From an uncultured Fibrobacterales bacterium (GTDB taxonomy: Bacteria > Fibrobacterota > Fibrobacteria > Fibrobacterales > CAWVXU01), in assembly GCA_963934255.1 (NCBI GenBank), contig CAWVXU010000042.1:1-21868 (forward strand): a DNA stretch of 21,868 nt, read 5' to 3'. Below are positions 18,443 through 21,868 of the stretch, in pieces. Both the position numbers and the translations under genes were made by a program. How positions within the stretch are numbered: the first letter of the stretch is position 1; each line of letters starts with the position of its first letter. The notes beneath the pieces are model-generated. The model made no database searches, was not told the DNA's origin, and saw only the letters and a program-made list of their open reading frames with translations.

Positions 18443-18877
18443 ATGATTAAAAATGTAGACCCAAAAATTTGGCAAACTCCTAGTACCAATCAACCAGAAT
18501 TACATGCTTTAGAGGGTGATGTCAAAAACTCTTTGCCCGGCCAAATATCCCCAACATTATCAGAAGTTCAAACTCAAGTTCACGAGTGGATTCAGGATGT
18601 TGGTGTTCGTTACTTTGATGAGTTAACTAATACGGCAATCTTGATGGAAGAAGTCGGTGAAGTCGCTCGTATTATGTCGAGAACTTATGGTGATCAAAGT
18701 TTTAAGAAATCCGACATGGGTAAGGACCTTGGTGAAGAGCTTTCCGATGTGATGTTTGTACTCGTATGCCTTGCTAACCAAACAGGCCAAAACCTGAGTG
18801 AACTGTTTTATCAAGGAATGGAAAAACGAACTCAGAGGGACCGTGAAAGACATGCTAGTAATGAGAAGCTGAAGTAG
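18443..18877 (+). CDS. MazG-like nucleotide pyrophosphohydrolase (YpjD-like)
   Basis: VRYFDELTNTAILMEEVGEVAR...EELSDVMFVLVCLANQTG, carrying the EExxE and ExxD metal-binding motifs of all-alpha NTP-PPases. Start uncertain. Confidence 0.88.
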   Translation: MIKNVDPKIWQTPSTNQPELHALEGDVKNSLPGQISPTLSEVQTQVHEWIQDVGVRYFDELTNTAILMEEVGEVARIMSRTYGDQSFKKSDMGKDLGEELSDVMFVLVCLANQTGQNLSELFYQGMEKRTQRDRERHASNEKLK

Positions 18878-18906
18878 TGGAGTTGAGTTTTTTAACTCGC
18901 CTTGAA

Positions 18907-19626
18907 TTAAGGTAATTCCCCAAGTAATTCCTTCTGAAGAATCAACAACTCAGCAGCGCCCTTATCACCCAAATCAAGCAGAGCATTCAATTGATCTCTT
19001 GTGTAAGTTGATTCTTCACCAGTTCCTTGGATTTCAATATACTCACCATTTGAGGCAACGACTAGATTCATATCAACTTCGGCCGCTGAATCCTCTTTAT
19101 AGTCCAAATCCAAAATCGCAATACCTTCCTCTACACCCACACTGACAGCTGTTACGTAGTCAGTAAAAATTTCAGCGGTAGATCCAGATTGTTTTTTCCA
19201 GTTGTTTAACGCAATTCCAAGTGCGACAAATCCACCGACAATGGACGCTGTGCGTGTTCCGCCGTCAGCTTCAATCACATCACAGTCAACCGTAGCTAAT
19301 ACTCCTGGCATAGCGCTCAAATCAGCTGTTGCGCGAAGTGAGCGACCGATCAGTCTTTGAATCTCTTGTGTACGCCCAGAGGCTCCTTTGCGTTCTCTGC
19401 TCACTCTGGAATTTGTCGAGCGTGGGAGAAGTGAGTATTCAGCAGTAATCCAACCTTTACCAGAGCCTTCAAGCCATTTGGGTGGTCTATCTGATATAGA
19501 TGCATTACAAAGAACACGAGTCTTGCCTACTTCAATTAAGACAGAACCCTCCGCACAAGAGACAAAGTCAGGCGTTAATTTTACTGGGCGAAGTTCGTTA
19601 AGTTGTCTATCGTATGAGCGTGTCAT
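18907..19626 (-). CDS. rph: Ribonuclease PH
   Basis: AEGSVLIEVGKTRVLC, GWITAEYSLLPRST, GRTQEIQRLIGRSLR, DVIEADGGTRTASI, LDLDYKEDSAAEVDMN, EIQGTGE. Confidence 0.96.
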   Translation of the reverse strand: MTRSYDRQLNELRPVKLTPDFVSCAEGSVLIEVGKTRVLCNASISDRPPKWLEGSGKGWITAEYSLLPRSTNSRVSRERKGASGRTQEIQRLIGRSLRATADLSAMPGVLATVDCDVIEADGGTRTASIVGGFVALGIALNNWKKQSGSTAEIFTDYVTAVSVGVEEGIAILDLDYKEDSAAEVDMNLVVASNGEYIEIQGTGEESTYTRDQLNALLDLGDKGAAELLILQKELLGELP

Positions 19627-19650
19627 GATGGTTCCTATCTAAATCTTTGG

Positions 19651-20520
19651 TTACACCGAAGTTTTGCGGGTGGATATTAATGTGTGAGTTTGCCCGACTA
19701 AGTACGAACCAAGTATATGGGTTTGAATCCCAGCTTCTTTTAATTCATTAAGCGCACCTTGAATGTTGGGATTCAAGATCGAGCCATCAAGGTCTAGGTA
19801 GAAAGTATATTGCCAAGGACTGCCAAGCTTGGGACGAGATTCAACCTTGAGAAGGTTGATTTTACGGTCGGCAAAAAACTTTAATGCTTCAAGTAGAATA
19901 CCCGGCCTGTTTTCTGGTGGTGCAAATACAATGCTGGTTTTATGAAAGTCACCAAGTTGTTCAACTTCATTGAATGACAATGCGAGAAATCTGGTAAAGT
20001 TAGAATCACTTTGGTTTTGTAAATCATCTTGCAGGATATCTAAGTCATATTCTTCGGCCGCCAAAGCAGAGGCGATGGCCCCAATGGTTAGCTTTTCTCT
20101 TGAGCACTTTTCGGCGCTTCCGGCGGTATCAAAATAGGGGATTGCCTCAATTTGAGGGTTTTCTTTAAAAAAGTTGGAGCATTGAGCGAGACCTTGTGGG
20201 TGAGATCTCACTCCGGTAAGGTCTTCTAGTTTGACTCCTGGAGCTGCAAGAAGTGAATGCTGTATTTTTAGTTTAACTTCAGCGATAATCGGAATTTTAT
20301 AATTCAACAGGTGGTCAAAATTTTCATGAATAGATCCCGTAGTTGAATTTTCAACCGGAAGAACTCCAATATCAACGTCACCTTTTTTGACCGCTTCAAA
20401 AACATCGTCAAATTCTGAATAGGGGAAAAGCTCAATTTTGGAGCCAAAGAGTCTAATACATGCTGATTCGCTGTATGCACCCATTTTGCCTTGAAAGCCA
20501 ATTTTTTTTAATTGATTCAT
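19651..20520 (-). CDS. pheA: Prephenate dehydratase (monofunctional, PDT + ACT)
   Basis: FQGKMGAYSE, LPVENSTTGSI, SHPQGLAQC, NFTRF, LLKVESRP, YTFYLD, LGSY. No chorismate mutase domain. Confidence 0.92.
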   Translation of the reverse strand: MNQLKKIGFQGKMGAYSESACIRLFGSKIELFPYSEFDDVFEAVKKGDVDIGVLPVENSTTGSIHENFDHLLNYKIPIIAEVKLKIQHSLLAAPGVKLEDLTGVRSHPQGLAQCSNFFKENPQIEAIPYFDTAGSAEKCSREKLTIGAIASALAAEEYDLDILQDDLQNQSDSNFTRFLALSFNEVEQLGDFHKTSIVFAPPENRPGILLEALKFFADRKINLLKVESRPKLGSPWQYTFYLDLDGSILNPNIQGALNELKEAGIQTHILGSYLVGQTHTLISTRKTSV

Positions 20521-21138
20521 TTAGTATCTCCTAGCACCTTGATATTTTGGTGCCCAATAAGAATTTGATAGTTTTTCGTACATCACTCCGCGACTTGAGG
20601 ATGCGTGAGCAAATAGGCCATTTCCCATATAAATTGCATTATGATTCACACTCCATAGATTACCAAAGAAAAGTATATCACCAGGTTCAAGATCATCACG
20701 ATCTATATCTTTTCCAAAGCGCCAAGTTTCCTTCGTTGAGTGGGGGAGGTCAATTCCATTGACTTTTTTCATGATACGCATGACAAATCCAGAACAATCA
20801 GTCCCTTTCAGGGAGCTTCCTGCCCAAAGGTAGGGGGTTCCAATCCAAGGCTGAATAGCATCTTTTAATTCAGAGGAGCTCGGTTGATCAATAATTACAT
20901 GTGGGAGTGGTCCTTGACCTGAGATTGAGCTTGAAGGTAACCCGGGAACTTTTACACCAGAAGATGCTTGTTGACTTTGGGCAGCCTTTTTTTGTCGTTC
21001 TTGAGGAGTCTTGTAAGTGGATTTGGACCAGGTGCCAGACAGACGATCATAACCCGTTCGCTGAGGTCTAAAGCTACACGCCATCATACTAAAAGCTAGA
21101 GTTCCTAGTATTATGTAGTGCAGTGTTGATCTTAACAT
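20521..21138 (-). CDS. NlpC/P60 family (C40) peptidoglycan endopeptidase, lipoprotein
   Basis: Lipobox-like FSMMAC, then WIGTPYLWAG, TDCSGF (catalytic Cys), LEPGDILFF, NHNAIY and FAHASSSRGV. Confidence 0.9.
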   Translation of the reverse strand: MLRSTLHYIILGTLAFSMMACSFRPQRTGYDRLSGTWSKSTYKTPQERQKKAAQSQQASSGVKVPGLPSSSISGQGPLPHVIIDQPSSSELKDAIQPWIGTPYLWAGSSLKGTDCSGFVMRIMKKVNGIDLPHSTKETWRFGKDIDRDDLEPGDILFFGNLWSVNHNAIYMGNGLFAHASSSRGVMYEKLSNSYWAPKYQGARRY

Positions 21139-21143
21139 GAACT

Positions 21144-21868
21144 TTACTGGTTGCGCTCTACGGCTGCTGCCATTTGAAGCATGGTTTGTTCATCAAATGC
21201 TTTGGAGAAGATTTGAAGACCCGTTTTGACTCCAGCAGTTTCACCGCATGGTAGTGAGATTCCAGGAAGTCCCGCTAAGTTAAGTGAAACAGTATAGATG
21301 TCACTTAAGTACATCGCCATTGGGTCAGCTAAGCCTTCACCTAACTTCATTGGGCTCGAAGGAAGTGTTGGAGCCACGAGGACATCACAGTGTTCAAACG
21401 CTTTAGCAAAGTCGTCACGGATGACACGACGAACTCTTTGGGCTTGCATATAGTAAGCATCATAATAACCAGAACTAAGGACAAATGTCCCCAGCAAGAT
21501 TCGACGTTTAACTTCTTCACCAAAACCCTCAGAGCGACTTTTACAATAAAGGTCCATGAGGTTTTTAGGGTTATCTGTTCTGTGTGTATAGCGAACCCCA
21601 TCAAAACGTGAAAGATTGGAAGAGGCTTCAGCCGTGGCAAGAACATAATAAGAAGAAATCGCGTATTTTAAGGAAGAGAGGTTGACTTCTTTCAGCACAG
21701 CACCTTGAGCTTTGAGTTCATCAAGAGCTTGGGTAATAGTTTCTTTAATTTCAGGATCTAGACCTTCACCAAAGTACTCTTGAGGAATACCAATGACTTT
21801 ACCTTTGATATCCTGGTTAAGTAGAGCAGTGAAATCAGGGACTTCCTCAGGTGAGCTAGTCACATCAT
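21144..21868 (-). CDS. gatA: Asp-tRNA(Asn)/Glu-tRNA(Gln) amidotransferase subunit A, 3' part (5' end beyond the window)
   Basis: EASSNLSRFDGVRY, RSEGFGEEVKRRILLGTFVLSSGYYDAYY, MYLSDIYTVSLNLAGLPGISLP. The frame stays open to the window edge. Confidence 0.95.
   Translation of the reverse strand, partial: DVTSSPEEVPDFTALLNQDIKGKVIGIPQEYFGEGLDPEIKETITQALDELKAQGAVLKEVNLSSLKYAISSYYVLATAEASSNLSRFDGVRYTHRTDNPKNLMDLYCKSRSEGFGEEVKRRILLGTFVLSSGYYDAYYMQAQRVRRVIRDDFAKAFEHCDVLVAPTLPSSPMKLGEGLADPMAMYLSDIYTVSLNLAGLPGISLPCGETAGVKTGLQIFSKAFDEQTMLQMAAAVERNQ

Overview
AT-rich, gene-dense bacterial chromosome segment that looks like core genome. The large fibro-slime-domain protein suggests a member of the Fibrobacterota (inference). 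In order, the window holds: a 1215-aa secreted fibro-slime/PA14 protein; a B12-binding radical SAM-purN-rnhB unit; rsmE; an ion-transporter-superfamily antiporter followed by an unusual pseudo-receiver/STAS-like protein; metK-ahcY divergent from an exported msrA; tRNA-Asn(GTT); an orphan MCE/MlaD protein; long-form ispG; serA; a MazG-like pyrophosphohydrolase; and the 3' part of a gatA-nlpC/P60-pheA-rph unit. I saw no mobile element, CRISPR array, prophage or defence system, and I cannot support a clearly new system. The best leads are: (i) the antiporter plus the phospho-site-degenerate REC-STAS protein, (ii) an array of TGCGTATA-type sites over the likely metK promoter, where no SAM riboswitch is visible, and (iii) a recurring GCTTTT..TATATTTG promoter-like motif.
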